60,485 nt of DNA from an uncultured Clostridia bacterium (GTDB lineage: Bacteria > Bacillota > Clostridia > TANB77 > CAG-465). The stretch is taken from contig CALXAR010000002.1 in assembly GCA_944386345.1 (NCBI GenBank), forward strand, positions 1-60,485. The letters run 5' to 3'. Position 1 is the stretch's first letter. Each line of letters opens with the position of its first letter. A program made the position numbers and the translations under genes. Under the pieces are notes generated by a model. The model was not told where the DNA came from. It ran no database searches and was given only the letters and a program-made list of their open reading frames with translations. Below are positions 18,247-28,648 of the stretch, piece after piece.

Positions 18247-19272
18247 TTATATTTGATTTAAATAAGTCCATGGGTTTACTGGAACACCATTTACCCTTAC
18301 TTCAAAGTGTAAGTGGTTACCTGTAGCCCAACCTGTCATACCAATACCAGCTATAGTTTGACCAGCTGATACTTGTTGACCAGCGCTTACATATAAAGCA
18401 CTACAGTGAGCATAAATTGTAACTAAACCATTACCATGACTTATCTTTATACAGTTACCATAACCAGTTGTATCCCAACCAGAAAATGTTACCGTACCTC
18501 CCATATATGCATATATAGGAGTACCTGAAGCACCACCAATATCAACACCATTATGACCATAGTATCCTAAATAGTCACAGTTTATTCTTGAATATACTGT
18601 TGGCCATACCTTAGTACCATCAGCAACTGATGCAACAGTTCCATTATATACAGATGCTGTATATTGAGTAGTATTTGTTGTTTGAGGCTCTTCTTCCTCT
18701 TTAGGTATTTCAACAGGTTTATTTCTATCTACTATACCAGCTAAAATATCATCAGCTCTTTCTGTTGAAGTTACATCTTCAAGCTCTGAAACTTTTTCTA
18801 CTTCTATGTTAGCATTAATATCGCTAACTTCGGCTTTAAGCTGATTAATATAATCTTCAGCCTGATCTTCGGCTGTAAATGTCATTTGTTTTTCACCATC
18901 TACAACTAATTCATAGATAGTGTATTCTGTTTTAATTTCTGCTCTTAAATTTGTATACACGTTTTGTTCTTCAAGTAGTGAGTCTCTAATATAGCTTTGT
19001 TCAAAAGTTGGCTCACTTTCTAAATAAACTTTAACGTTTTCGTCAATGTTTTGTTTTTCAGCAACTAAATCATTATATACCTCATCAAATTGTTGTTCGT
19101 CAGAGAAATATCCAATAAATTCTCCATTAATATAAGTTTTAACTGCTGGTTTATAAGTATTAAGCACAGTTAAATATACCGCAGTAAATATCATTACTAG
19201 CGATATAGCTGTAAATAATATAAATCTTAGTGTACTGAGCACACCTTTCTTTCCCATAATTAAATTTTGCAC
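18247..19272 (-). CDS. membrane-anchored M23 (LytM-type) metallopeptidase
   Basis: N-terminal TM helix; C-terminal HNGVD ... HLHFEV zinc ligand motifs are intact; alternative ATG start at 19257. Confidence 0.85.
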   Translation of the reverse strand: MQNLIMGKKGVLSTLRFILFTAISLVMIFTAVYLTVLNTYKPAVKTYINGEFIGYFSDEQQFDEVYNDLVAEKQNIDENVKVYLESEPTFEQSYIRDSLLEEQNVYTNLRAEIKTEYTIYELVVDGEKQMTFTAEDQAEDYINQLKAEVSDINANIEVEKVSELEDVTSTERADDILAGIVDRNKPVEIPKEEEEPQTTNTTQYTASVYNGTVASVADGTKVWPTVYSRINCDYLGYYGHNGVDIGGASGTPIYAYMGGTVTFSGWDTTGYGNCIKISHGNGLVTIYAHCSALYVSAGQQVSAGQTIAGIGMTGWATGNHLHFEVRVNGVPVNPWTYLNQI

Positions 19273-19298
19273 CTTCCTTTTTATAGGTTACATGTTAT

Positions 19299-19327
19299 AT
19301 TATAACATTTTTACCCGTTTTTGTCAA
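19299..19327 (-). promoter_or_regulatory. proximal consensus sigma-A promoter for the M23 peptidase gene
   Basis: Minus strand TTGACA, 17 nt spacer, TATAAT with TGn. Confidence 0.55.
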
Positions 19328-19363
19328 ATTGCATTATTTTTTTACTGTTCCAGAAGCAGACAT

Positions 19364-19392
19364 ATTTTAGCATAGTATTAATTGTTTGTCAA
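19364..19392 (-). promoter_or_regulatory. distal sigma-A promoter for the M23 peptidase gene
   Basis: Minus strand TTGACA, 17 nt spacer, TAAAAT. Confidence 0.5.
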
Positions 19393-19566
19393 GTTTTTAA
19401 TAGTTTTGTAACATTAGTAACAATTATTTAACCTATATAATATAATGTATTCTCTTAATCCACTTTTAGTATAATATTTTGTATAAAATATTGTACAATT
19501 AACATATTTATTGTATAATATAAGTATATTAGTTAATAATCTCATCATGAAAAGGAGGGATTTTTT

Positions 19567-20007
19567 ATGTTACCGATGTGGGCAATTTGGCTAATAGCTA
19601 GTGGAATTTTCTTTTTGGGTGAAATTTTTACTATATCATTTTTATTATTTTGGCCTGGTGTTGGAGCTTTTCTAGCCTTTTTAACAAGTCTTATAGTTCC
19701 AGAAAATCTACTTGTACAAATTGTAGTATTTGTAGTCTCAACTATTTTAATGATTATATTTACTAAGCCTTTAATAAATAAATTATTTAAAAATAAAGAT
19801 AATACAAGTATGAATAACAGTGCAGTACTTGGAAAAAAAGGAATTGTTATTAAAAAAATGGATAAAGATAATCCAGTAGGTCAAGTTAAAGTAAATGGTG
19901 AGCTTTGGTCTGCAATAAAATCAGACAAAGATAAAGCAATTAATGTTGGCGAAAGCGTTATAATTGAAAAAATTGATGGAGTTAAGCTCCTAGTAAGAAA
20001 ACCATAA
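19567..20007 (+). CDS. NfeD family membrane protein
   Basis: Three TM helices plus a C-terminal OB-like soluble domain (GQVKVNGELWSA); sits directly upstream of an SPFH gene, as is typical. Confidence 0.8.
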   Translation: MLPMWAIWLIASGIFFLGEIFTISFLLFWPGVGAFLAFLTSLIVPENLLVQIVVFVVSTILMIIFTKPLINKLFKNKDNTSMNNSAVLGKKGIVIKKMDKDNPVGQVKVNGELWSAIKSDKDKAINVGESVIIEKIDGVKLLVRKP

Positions 20008-20019
20008 GGAGGTAAAAAT

Positions 20020-20967
20020 ATGGGAGGACTTATTTTTGTTATTATTCTTATTCTTGTTTTCTGCTTGTTAGTAGCTGCTGCTTCTATTAAAGTAGTAAAA
20101 CAATCTGAAGTAAAAATTATCGAACGTTTTGGTAAATATAGTTTTACAGCTGAAGCCGGACTTAATATATTATTACCTTTCGTTGATAAAGTTAGAGCTG
20201 TGGTTAGTTTAAAACAACAAACTATGGATGTTACACCACAAAGTGTTATCACAAAAGATAATGTTACAATTACAATTGATACAGTTGTATTCTATCAAAT
20301 TATGGATCCAGTAAAAGCTGTATATGAAATTGAGAGTCTACAAAAAGGTATAGCTTACATTGCAATAACTACAATTCGTGATATTGTTGGTAAAATGGAT
20401 CTTGATGCTACATTCTCTTCTAGAGATGCAATCAACACTCAACTTAGAGATGTACTTGATGAAGCTACTGATAAATGGGGATGTAAAGTTGACCGTGTTG
20501 AAATAAAAGACATTAAACCACCTGCAGATATAAGAGATGCGATGGAAAAACAAATGAACGCAGAAAGAAATAAAAGAGCAATTATACTTGAAGCTGAAGG
20601 TAAACGTCAAGCTGATATTACCCTTGCTGAAGGTAACAAACAAGCTACAATATTAAATGCTGAAGCAGAAAGAGAATCAAGTATTAGAAAAGCACAAGGT
20701 GTTAGAGAATCAAGAATACTTGAAGCTGAAGGTAACGCTGAAGCCATAAAGAAAGTTGCAGAAGCTAAAGCTGAAGAAATAAAAATGGTATATGGCGCTA
20801 TAATGGATTCTAAACCAGATGATAAATTAGTTGCTATAAAATCTTTAGATGCTCTAGAAAAAGTATCAAACGGAACTGCAAATAAAGTATTTATTCCATT
20901 TGACGCTACAAAAGCTATGGGCGCTTTAGGTGCTATGTCAGAAGTTGTAGATAAAAAATCTAAATAA
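20020..20967 (+). CDS. SPFH/band 7 (stomatin-like) protein
   Basis: N-terminal anchor, then VKQSEVKIIERFGKY...TKDNV...RDIVGKM and an Ala/Glu-rich coiled C-terminus. Confidence 0.9.
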   Translation: MGGLIFVIILILVFCLLVAAASIKVVKQSEVKIIERFGKYSFTAEAGLNILLPFVDKVRAVVSLKQQTMDVTPQSVITKDNVTITIDTVVFYQIMDPVKAVYEIESLQKGIAYIAITTIRDIVGKMDLDATFSSRDAINTQLRDVLDEATDKWGCKVDRVEIKDIKPPADIRDAMEKQMNAERNKRAIILEAEGKRQADITLAEGNKQATILNAEAERESSIRKAQGVRESRILEAEGNAEAIKKVAEAKAEEIKMVYGAIMDSKPDDKLVAIKSLDALEKVSNGTANKVFIPFDATKAMGALGAMSEVVDKKSK

Positions 20968-20976
20968 TATATATTA

Positions 20977-21003
20977 AAGAGAGTATGAAATTCATACTCT
21001 CTT
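20977..21003. terminator. bidirectional terminator between the SPFH gene and dnaE
   Basis: aagagagtatgaa / ttcatactctctt 13-bp stem. Confidence 0.7.
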
Positions 21004-24000
21004 ATTTTATTTTTACATTTTCTTTTCCAAAGGCTAGTTCTAACTTTTCAATAACAATATTATTATCTTGTAAATAATTAATCTTATTTAATAGTCTTAG
21101 CTTATTAGTTCCATCATAAAAAATATATACAGGTAAATCCCCATGATATTCTCTACTCAAATCTTTTATATAGCCAATAACTCTATCTTCAAGTTCAAAT
21201 TTATCCTTAGGTATTCTTATATATATTTTTTTATCTTCTTTTATTTTAATAGTATCAGTATCTTTTTTATTTTTAATTTCATTATCTATTAATACTAAAT
21301 TAGATACAAGTATTTTAGCCTTTTCGTCTTCTTTAATACTAACTTTTCCAGTAACTTTTATAATACAATCATCTAATAAAACTCTCTCATATTTTTCAAA
21401 GATATTTGGAAATAAAACTAATTCTACAGTTCCATACAAATCTTCAAGCTCAGCAAACATCATATTTTTTCGTGATTTAGTAATAAGAAGCTTTCCTCTT
21501 TTAAATATACCACAAATAGTAACTACTTTTTCATCATAATTAGTATTTGTCTCTTCCTCATTCTCTAACTGAGCACTACTATTAATTTCAATAGTTGTAG
21601 CTGTAGAATTTTTGGAGATATACTCTTTATACTCATCAAGTGGGTGACCAGATATATATAGTCCTAACATTTCTTTTTCCATATCTAATAAATCTTTTTT
21701 AGTTGGAACTCTTCCACTCTTTTCTAGTTTTATAGTATCACCATTTTGTTCAAACTCTCCAAAAAAATCTAACTGATTAATGTAATTATTTTTTCTTATA
21801 TGATTTACTCCGTCAATGACACTCTCGTAATTATCTAAAAGATCATATCTATTGTATTCTCTTTCTACTTCATCAAAGCATCCGGCTTTTATTAAGCTCT
21901 CAACACATTTTTTATTTACTGTCTCTCCTGATACTCTTTGACAAAAATCTAAGAAACTAGTATATTTTCCATTTAATTTTCTGTCTTTAATAATTTCATC
22001 TATTGCATTTTCTCCAACATTTTTTATGGAGTTTAATGCAAATCTTATTTTACCATTTATTACTGCAAATTTAGCATAGCTCTCATTTATATCTGGTCTT
22101 AATACTTCAATACCAAGCTCTCTACTCTCATTTATATAAATTGGTATTTTATTTTGGTTTCCCATAAAAGAATTCATATATGCTGCCATAAACTCATTAG
22201 GATAATGACATTTTAAATATGCAGTTTGATATGCAACAACAGCATATGCTGCAGCATGTGATTTATTAAAAGCATACTTTGCAAATTCAGCCATTTCATC
22301 AAAAATCTTATTTGCACTCTCTTTATCAATACCATTTTTATATGCGCCTTCTACAAAGACTTCTCTTTCTTTGTTCATGACGTCAATTTTCTTTTTTCCC
22401 ATTGCTCTTCTTACTATATCTGCACGTCCTAAACTATAGCCTGCTAGTTTTCTAAAAATCTGCATAACTTGCTCTTGATATACCATACATCCATAAGTTG
22501 GCTTTAGAATATCCTTTAATGCCTCATGTGTATATTCAATATGCTCTTTATTATTTTTATTTCTAATATATCTTGGTATCTGATCCATAGGACCTGGTCT
22601 ATATAAAGATATCATTACAATAATATCATCTATACAATCGGGCTCCATTTTCATCATCATTTTTCTAAATCCAGGACTCTCCATTTGAAATACGCCAAGT
22701 GTTTTTCCTTGAGTTAACATCTTATATGTTTGAGGATCATCAAAATTACCAAAATCTACATCTATATTTCTAATTTTTTTTACGAGCTTTTTGGTATCAT
22801 CAATTACAGTTAGTGTCCTAAGTCCTAAAAAATCCATTTTTAATAGACCTAATTCTTCTAGAGTAGTCATTGTATATTGTGTTGATATCTGCCCTTCATT
22901 TTCATATAAAGGTACATAATTTACAACTGGTTTCTTCGTAATTACAACTCCACAAGCATGAGTTGACGCCTGCCTTGCTAGTCCCTCTAGCTTTTTAGAT
23001 ATATCTATTATTCTTTTTGTCTCAATATCCTCATTATACATTTTTCTTAATTGTGTACTTTCTTCAAGAGCCTGTTCTATAGTTATCTTAAAATTATGAG
23101 GAATAAGTTTAGCTATTGTGTCTGCTTTTTGATATGGAATATCAAGCACTCTAGCTACATCTCTGATTGCTGCACGCGCTGCCATAGTTCCAAAAGTTAT
23201 AATTTGCGCCACATGATCTGTTCCATATTTATTTGAAACATAATCAATTACTTCCTGTCTTCTTTCATAGCAAAAATCAACATCAAAATCTGGCATACTA
23301 ACTCTTTCTGGATTTAAAAATCTCTCAAAAATCAAATCAAATCTTAAAGGATCTATATCTGTTATACCAATTAAATATGCAGCAATAGAGCCCGCACCAC
23401 TTCCACGTCCAGGTCCAACAGGAATCTTTTGAGACTTAGCATAGTTGATAAAATCAGCTACAATCAAGAAATAATCTATATATCCCATTTTATCTATTAC
23501 ACTTATTTCATAATCTAGTCTTTTCTTTACTTTATCAAAATCCTCTTTTTTATATTTATTTGGAATTTGTTCATAGCATTTTTTTGTAAAATATTCTAAA
23601 TGCGAAATATTCTCTTCAATTTTAAACTCAGGTAATATTGTATGGCCAAACTCTATCTCAACATTACACATATCAGCAATTTTTAATGTATTCTCTATAG
23701 CCTCTGGAACATTTTTAAAAGACTCTTTCATTTCATCAGGAGATTTAAAATAAAACTCATTTACCTTAAATCTTAGTCTATCTTCGTCATTTAGTGTTTT
23801 TCTTGTTTGTATACATAGCAATACCTCATGAAAATCATAATCTTCTTTATTTAAATAGTGGCAATCATTTGTTGCAACTAAATTTATACCATATTCTTTA
23901 GAAAATTCAATTAGTTTTTGATTAACCAAAATCTGCTCTCTTAGTTTATTATCTTGAAGTTCTAAAAAATATCTTTCTTTGCCAAAAATAGATAGATATT

Positions 24001-24478
24001 TTTCAAGCATCTCTTTTGCACCTAATATATCACCATTTAGTATCTTCCTAGATAAACCTCCTGCAATGCATGCTGATAAACAAATTAGTCCTTCATTATA
24101 TTTTTCTATTGATTCTAAATCAATTCTAGGCTTATAATAAAAGCCTTCTGTATATCCAATAGAACATAATTTTACTAAGTTCTTATATCCAACATTATTC
24201 ATTGCAAGTAAAATTAAATGATTAGGTTCTGTATCAATTCTTCCATCTTTATCTAATCTACTTCTTGGTGCTACATAAAATTCACATCCAATTATAGGCT
24301 TTATTCCGTTTTTTTTGCATTCTTTATACATCTCTATTGCTCCGAACATATTTCCGTGATCTGTTATTGCAATAGCTGGCATATTATACTCTTTTGCTTT
24401 TTTTACGACTTCATTTATTCTAATTGCACCATCAAGTAGACTATACTCTGTATGCAAATGTAAATGCACAAAACTCAT
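21002..24478 (-). CDS. dnaE: DNA polymerase III subunit alpha (DnaE type)
   Basis: PHP domain start FVHLHLHTEYSLLDGA, polymerase core and OB fold; start moved to ATG 24478 (MSFVHLH), which follows a GGTGA SD. Confidence 0.95.
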   Translation of the reverse strand: MSFVHLHLHTEYSLLDGAIRINEVVKKAKEYNMPAIAITDHGNMFGAIEMYKECKKNGIKPIIGCEFYVAPRSRLDKDGRIDTEPNHLILLAMNNVGYKNLVKLCSIGYTEGFYYKPRIDLESIEKYNEGLICLSACIAGGLSRKILNGDILGAKEMLEKYLSIFGKERYFLELQDNKLREQILVNQKLIEFSKEYGINLVATNDCHYLNKEDYDFHEVLLCIQTRKTLNDEDRLRFKVNEFYFKSPDEMKESFKNVPEAIENTLKIADMCNVEIEFGHTILPEFKIEENISHLEYFTKKCYEQIPNKYKKEDFDKVKKRLDYEISVIDKMGYIDYFLIVADFINYAKSQKIPVGPGRGSGAGSIAAYLIGITDIDPLRFDLIFERFLNPERVSMPDFDVDFCYERRQEVIDYVSNKYGTDHVAQIITFGTMAARAAIRDVARVLDIPYQKADTIAKLIPHNFKITIEQALEESTQLRKMYNEDIETKRIIDISKKLEGLARQASTHACGVVITKKPVVNYVPLYENEGQISTQYTMTTLEELGLLKMDFLGLRTLTVIDDTKKLVKKIRNIDVDFGNFDDPQTYKMLTQGKTLGVFQMESPGFRKMMMKMEPDCIDDIIVMISLYRPGPMDQIPRYIRNKNNKEHIEYTHEALKDILKPTYGCMVYQEQVMQIFRKLAGYSLGRADIVRRAMGKKKIDVMNKEREVFVEGAYKNGIDKESANKIFDEMAEFAKYAFNKSHAAAYAVVAYQTAYLKCHYPNEFMAAYMNSFMGNQNKIPIYINESRELGIEVLRPDINESYAKFAVINGKIRFALNSIKNVGENAIDEIIKDRKLNGKYTSFLDFCQRVSGETVNKKCVESLIKAGCFDEVEREYNRYDLLDNYESVIDGVNHIRKNNYINQLDFFGEFEQNGDTIKLEKSGRVPTKKDLLDMEKEMLGLYISGHPLDEYKEYISKNSTATTIEINSSAQLENEEETNTNYDEKVVTICGIFKRGKLLITKSRKNMMFAELEDLYGTVELVLFPNIFEKYERVLLDDCIIKVTGKVSIKEDEKAKILVSNLVLIDNEIKNKKDTDTIKIKEDKKIYIRIPKDKFELEDRVIGYIKDLSREYHGDLPVYIFYDGTNKLRLLNKINYLQDNNIVIEKLELAFGKENVKIK

Positions 24479-24566
24479 GTTATCACCTAAAGGTATTATA
24501 TCAAAATTATTGCTCAAAGTATAGTAATTTAAAATATAAACCCAATAAATTTACTATAAATATACA

Positions 24567-24597
24567 AAAAAGATGGATTTAAAAAATCCATCTTTTT
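24567..24597 (-). terminator. intrinsic terminator after spoIIE
   Basis: agatggattt / aaatccatct stem flanked by A- and T-runs. Confidence 0.7.
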
Positions 24598-24628
24598 ATA
24601 TAAATTGAGCATAACTATACTATATTTT

Positions 24629-26977
24629 CTAATTAGTCTCAATTTTATTAACTATAATAGTAGCATCATCATCAAGTACACCACCATTATTTAAATAAAG
24701 AACTTCTTTTATTTCTTGAGCAATTATCTTAGCTGGTTTTGTTATATCGCAAGTAGATAAATAGTTTTTCAAGTAATTACTATTTGGATCAACATCTTCA
24801 GGAATTACTCCATCAGATACTTGAATCACAAAGTCTCCTTCTTTTAGCTTCTTACAAATAGGTATATAATCTGTATTATCCACTAATCCCACTGGAATTG
24901 TTGTTGAGGTAATTGTTATAACTTTACCATTTTCAATTAAGTATGTTGGAGCAGCTCCAAGCTTTATGAAAAAGCACTCTCCATCTTTTTCATTAATTAT
25001 AGCTGCATCTAAAGTTGCATAAAGCTCGTCATCGCCTTTTAATTTAACAATACTATTTACAATTTCGATTGCTTTTTCCTCATTAAAGCCACCACTTAGT
25101 AGTCTTTCTAATATACTTATTACTGCAGATGAGCTTCTTGCAGCATCCTCACCAGAGCCAACACCATCACTAATTACTGTTAACTTTCTTAAATCTTGTA
25201 ATTCCATTTGAAGATAAGTATCGCCAGAAATATTCTCTCCTACTTTATTCTCAGATACTATCTCTGTTTTTATACTATATTTTGGAGTAGATACAAGTTT
25301 AATTTTAGACTTTTCTGTCTTAGAAATATTGAGTATTAATTTTATAGTCATATTTTGCTCTAAAATATTAGAAGCAAGATTTGAAATCTGTCTTTTTTGC
25401 TTGTCTATATTTGTTAAAATGTCAGTTACAAAAGTATATTCTATCGAATCTACATCTCTTATAAAGCTATCTTCATATACGTTATATCCATAGAATTTAA
25501 GTTCATCTCTTAATTTCTTTTGAGCTTCTTCTTTTACTAGGCTTCCTTCTTTTATATTGTCAGCTATTGTATTAAGTAGCCTTGAAACTTCTTTATACTG
25601 CTTTGAAACTTTTTCAGTGTTTTCAAGCTCCCTTTGTTTCAAAATTCTAGTAATCTTCATATTATTATATATTTCATATAAATTATCTATTATTATTTTA
25701 GAATGCTTACAATTAAACTTTAGCATCTCTGGCTCAATAGCCTCTCCATTTTCTAGTTTTTCTGCTAAGAACTCGGCTGTAGCATCTAAATTCTCTTTAT
25801 CTATACACTCATTTATATTACTACAAGCAAAACAAGTATTATTCACATAGCTTAATATATACTTTTTTATAACTTCTGTTGTTTCTTGCTCTGTTTCTTT
25901 AGTTTTTGGTACTGTTATATCCGCAAGATTACTAAACACCTCTGATACTGCACCTATTTTTTCCTTTGCCTCTTTAGTTGGGTTTAGAAGATTATTCTTT
26001 ACAGCTTCTATTCCCTTACTCAAATCAAATAAATTATCAAGTTTTCTCTCTATAAATTTAGGCATTATGAATAGAACTATAGATGCAATCATAACCTCAC
26101 AAGCTACGATTGTTATTTGAGTTGTACCAGTTGCATAATATGATATATATATATTTCCAGCAACAAACGCTATAATTACCGGTATCTTTCCAAACCTTCT
26201 TAAAAGTCCAGAGATAAATCCACTAAAAGCTAAAGCAACAACAAAAGGCATTGATACTTCACATAGCCAAGTATATGAGAGTCCCACCATAAGTCCAGCA
26301 GTCGCTCCAAGAATAGCTCCATTTCCCCAGCCATATATTAATATTAGCACTAAAGCAAGTATTTCAACTAATTTAAATCCAAAAAAGCTTATTGGACTTA
26401 CTGCTGAAATAAGCATTGCAACAGTTAGTATCATCATAATACTCTCTTCTTTAGTATATACAAATCCATTTTTTAAATTAATTATAACATTCATTCCTGT
26501 TACAGCAACCAAGTATATTATTCCGCAAGCAGCTATATATGATAGCACTTTAAATAACTCAGTAAACAATTCTCCTGTAATAAATGAAAATACTATTTCA
26601 AGTATTGCTATAGAAGCAAAGAATTTAATAAATATTGTATACTTCTTATTAATTCCTTCAATATTTACTATAGCTGTAATTAAATTATATAGTAGAAAAA
26701 ATACTAATAATAATATTAGACTTGATGTATTACCACCAATAGCTAGTCCAATTACAGAAGATATTAATACAAGTATTAATGGTACCTCAAAAGCACTCGC
26801 AACCGCAAGCATTACATAGTTAAACGGCCTAAAATCGCCTATAAAAGTTTTAGTAGATAAAAGTAAAGCAAAAAGTATAAATATTATATTTTTAAAACTT
26901 ACAATCTTTTTTATCGTACTAAATACTGAACCTATCTTTTCATCAATATCATTATCTAGATACTTATTATATATCAT
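24629..26977 (-). CDS. spoIIE: stage II sporulation protein E (membrane PP2C phosphatase)
   Basis: ~10 N-terminal TM helices, a central domain, and a C-terminal PP2C region (ISGDTYL...SDGVGSGEDAARSS...DDATIIV). Confidence 0.85.
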   Translation of the reverse strand: MIYNKYLDNDIDEKIGSVFSTIKKIVSFKNIIFILFALLLSTKTFIGDFRPFNYVMLAVASAFEVPLILVLISSVIGLAIGGNTSSLILLLVFFLLYNLITAIVNIEGINKKYTIFIKFFASIAILEIVFSFITGELFTELFKVLSYIAACGIIYLVAVTGMNVIINLKNGFVYTKEESIMMILTVAMLISAVSPISFFGFKLVEILALVLILIYGWGNGAILGATAGLMVGLSYTWLCEVSMPFVVALAFSGFISGLLRRFGKIPVIIAFVAGNIYISYYATGTTQITIVACEVMIASIVLFIMPKFIERKLDNLFDLSKGIEAVKNNLLNPTKEAKEKIGAVSEVFSNLADITVPKTKETEQETTEVIKKYILSYVNNTCFACSNINECIDKENLDATAEFLAEKLENGEAIEPEMLKFNCKHSKIIIDNLYEIYNNMKITRILKQRELENTEKVSKQYKEVSRLLNTIADNIKEGSLVKEEAQKKLRDELKFYGYNVYEDSFIRDVDSIEYTFVTDILTNIDKQKRQISNLASNILEQNMTIKLILNISKTEKSKIKLVSTPKYSIKTEIVSENKVGENISGDTYLQMELQDLRKLTVISDGVGSGEDAARSSSAVISILERLLSGGFNEEKAIEIVNSIVKLKGDDELYATLDAAIINEKDGECFFIKLGAAPTYLIENGKVITITSTTIPVGLVDNTDYIPICKKLKEGDFVIQVSDGVIPEDVDPNSNYLKNYLSTCDITKPAKIIAQEIKEVLYLNNGGVLDDDATIIVNKIETN

Positions 26978-27012
26978 TTTTTACACCTCTTTATGTTTCT
27001 TTTATACTATAT

Positions 27013-27045
27013 ATTCTACTATATTAATTCTAAAAAATTTGTCAA
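27013..27045 (-). promoter_or_regulatory. candidate Spo0A-type spoIIE promoter with over-long spacer
   Basis: Minus strand TTGACA (27045-27040), 21 nt spacer, TAGAAT (27018-27013). No acceptable -10 at 17-18 nt. The -35 is embedded in TTTGACA, which matches the reverse 0A box TTCGACA at 6 of 7 positions. Confidence 0.4.
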
Positions 27046-27085
27046 AACAGATAACAACTAAAAAATATATTATTATCCTAATATA

Positions 27086-27119
27086 GAAAAATAGTCAAAC
27101 ATAAAATTTGGCTATTTTC
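27086..27119 (-). terminator. intrinsic terminator after the AT-hook protein gene
   Basis: aaaatagtcaaa / tttggctatttt stem with one G-T pair. Confidence 0.55.
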
Positions 27120-27129
27120 TATTTAAAAA

Positions 27130-28395
27130 CTATTTATTTTTTCTAGGTCTTCCTACTCTTCTTTTCTCTTTTGGCTTCTCATCCTTTCTAGGTCTACCTA
27201 CTCTTCTTTTTGGTTTTTCTTCTTCAATTGCCTCTTCTTTGTCTTCTTCTATTTCAACATTTTCTTTTTCTTCTTCATTTTCATCTTCTGATAATTCATT
27301 TTTGCCAAGGATTTCATCAAGATTTAATTTATCTAAATCAATATCTTCATCTTCTGCTTCGCTCTCTTCCTCTGGATTAAGAATTTTTTCTATTTTTTGC
27401 TTAACATTTTCGTTTTCAGATAAATTTTTAGCTTTTTCAAATAAGAAATTATCTATTTGTTCTTCATCTTCATTTGCTAGTAGTTTAGAATACTCTAAAT
27501 ACTCGTCCTCTGTAGAAATAGTTCTATGTACATCATTAACTTTTGTTTTTATCATCATATCGTATATTTCTTTAAACATTTTTATATAGTCATTTTCATT
27601 TACTATTTCTTTTTCAAAGCTTTCATCATATATTTTTAGTATTTTTAAAAATATCTTATCTATAATCTTAAAGTATCTATAAGAATTCTTACATATATTT
27701 ATTATAAGATTATACTCATACATATGCTTATCAATATCTGACTCTATTCCTTTTATCATAGACTCAATAACATATTCTATAAGCTCTCTTTCGTCTGCTG
27801 GTAATTTTGATATATCATAGTTATCATTAATATAGCCAACATATTCATCAATACTCTTAAACAGTTCCTTATATAAATCCTCATTATATTGATCTGTTTG
27901 AATAGCAGTATCAATATCCTCAGCATTTTTTATTACTTGATTATATCTTTGAGCTTTTCCTTCATCTTTTATATTTTGCTTTACTTCATCTATTGCAGAA
28001 GAAATTGATAACAAATTAAACTTGATTTCTTCTTTAGATTTAAATTTAGATCTAGTAACTCTGTCATACTCCATTTCCAAAAATGTCTTTTGAAGCTCTA
28101 GTCTTGTTGTTTTATCAGGTGAATTAATATTATCTACAATATCATCTGGATAAGACATTTTTAATTCATACATACTTCTTTGCATAATATCGTATTGATA
28201 TTTTACAAAAACAATTTCTCTTAATATATTTTCTTGATATATTTTTTTATCATCACCTTCTGTTTTTCTTATTACAGATAGATGCTCGTCAATTGCTTTA
28301 TTCATTTTATTCATATTAAGCATTATAACAACGCTTTGTATTACTCTATCAAAAAAGTTAATCTTCTTTTTTGAACTTACAACTATATCTGCCAT
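27130..28395 (-). CDS. hypothetical acidic protein with two C-terminal AT-hook-like motifs
   Basis: Start set at ATG 28395 (GGGAGAG SD). Helical Lys/Glu/Asp-rich body, acidic tract, then KRRVGRPRKDEKPKEKRRVGRPRKNK at the C-terminus. Confidence 0.7.
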   Translation of the reverse strand: MADIVVSSKKKINFFDRVIQSVVIMLNMNKMNKAIDEHLSVIRKTEGDDKKIYQENILREIVFVKYQYDIMQRSMYELKMSYPDDIVDNINSPDKTTRLELQKTFLEMEYDRVTRSKFKSKEEIKFNLLSISSAIDEVKQNIKDEGKAQRYNQVIKNAEDIDTAIQTDQYNEDLYKELFKSIDEYVGYINDNYDISKLPADERELIEYVIESMIKGIESDIDKHMYEYNLIINICKNSYRYFKIIDKIFLKILKIYDESFEKEIVNENDYIKMFKEIYDMMIKTKVNDVHRTISTEDEYLEYSKLLANEDEEQIDNFLFEKAKNLSENENVKQKIEKILNPEEESEAEDEDIDLDKLNLDEILGKNELSEDENEEEKENVEIEEDKEEAIEEEKPKRRVGRPRKDEKPKEKRRVGRPRKNK

Positions 28396-28648
28396 ATAAC
28401 AACTCTCCCTTTTTGCTTTCACTATATATTAACAAAAGAACTTACGTAAAAGAACTCTTGATAAATAAAAATTCAATATTAAATATAAATTTAACCTTGT
28501 TAACCTATTTATATTATATCTTTTTTTTTAATAATTTCAAGACTTTAAAAGGAAAACTTGTAATTTTCGTAATATTTTCTTAATACTAGAAACATAAGTA
28601 TGTAATATTGTAATATTTATTTCCAAATACTGGCAAATATATATTTTT

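Noticed and set aside
18247-19272. Calling the M23 peptidase SpoIIQ
   Set aside because: The architecture (N-terminal TM plus LytM domain) is compatible. However, the protein is longer than typical SpoIIQ, has tandem sigma-A-type promoters rather than a forespore-type promoter, and lacks spoIID/spoIIID synteny. There is insufficient support.
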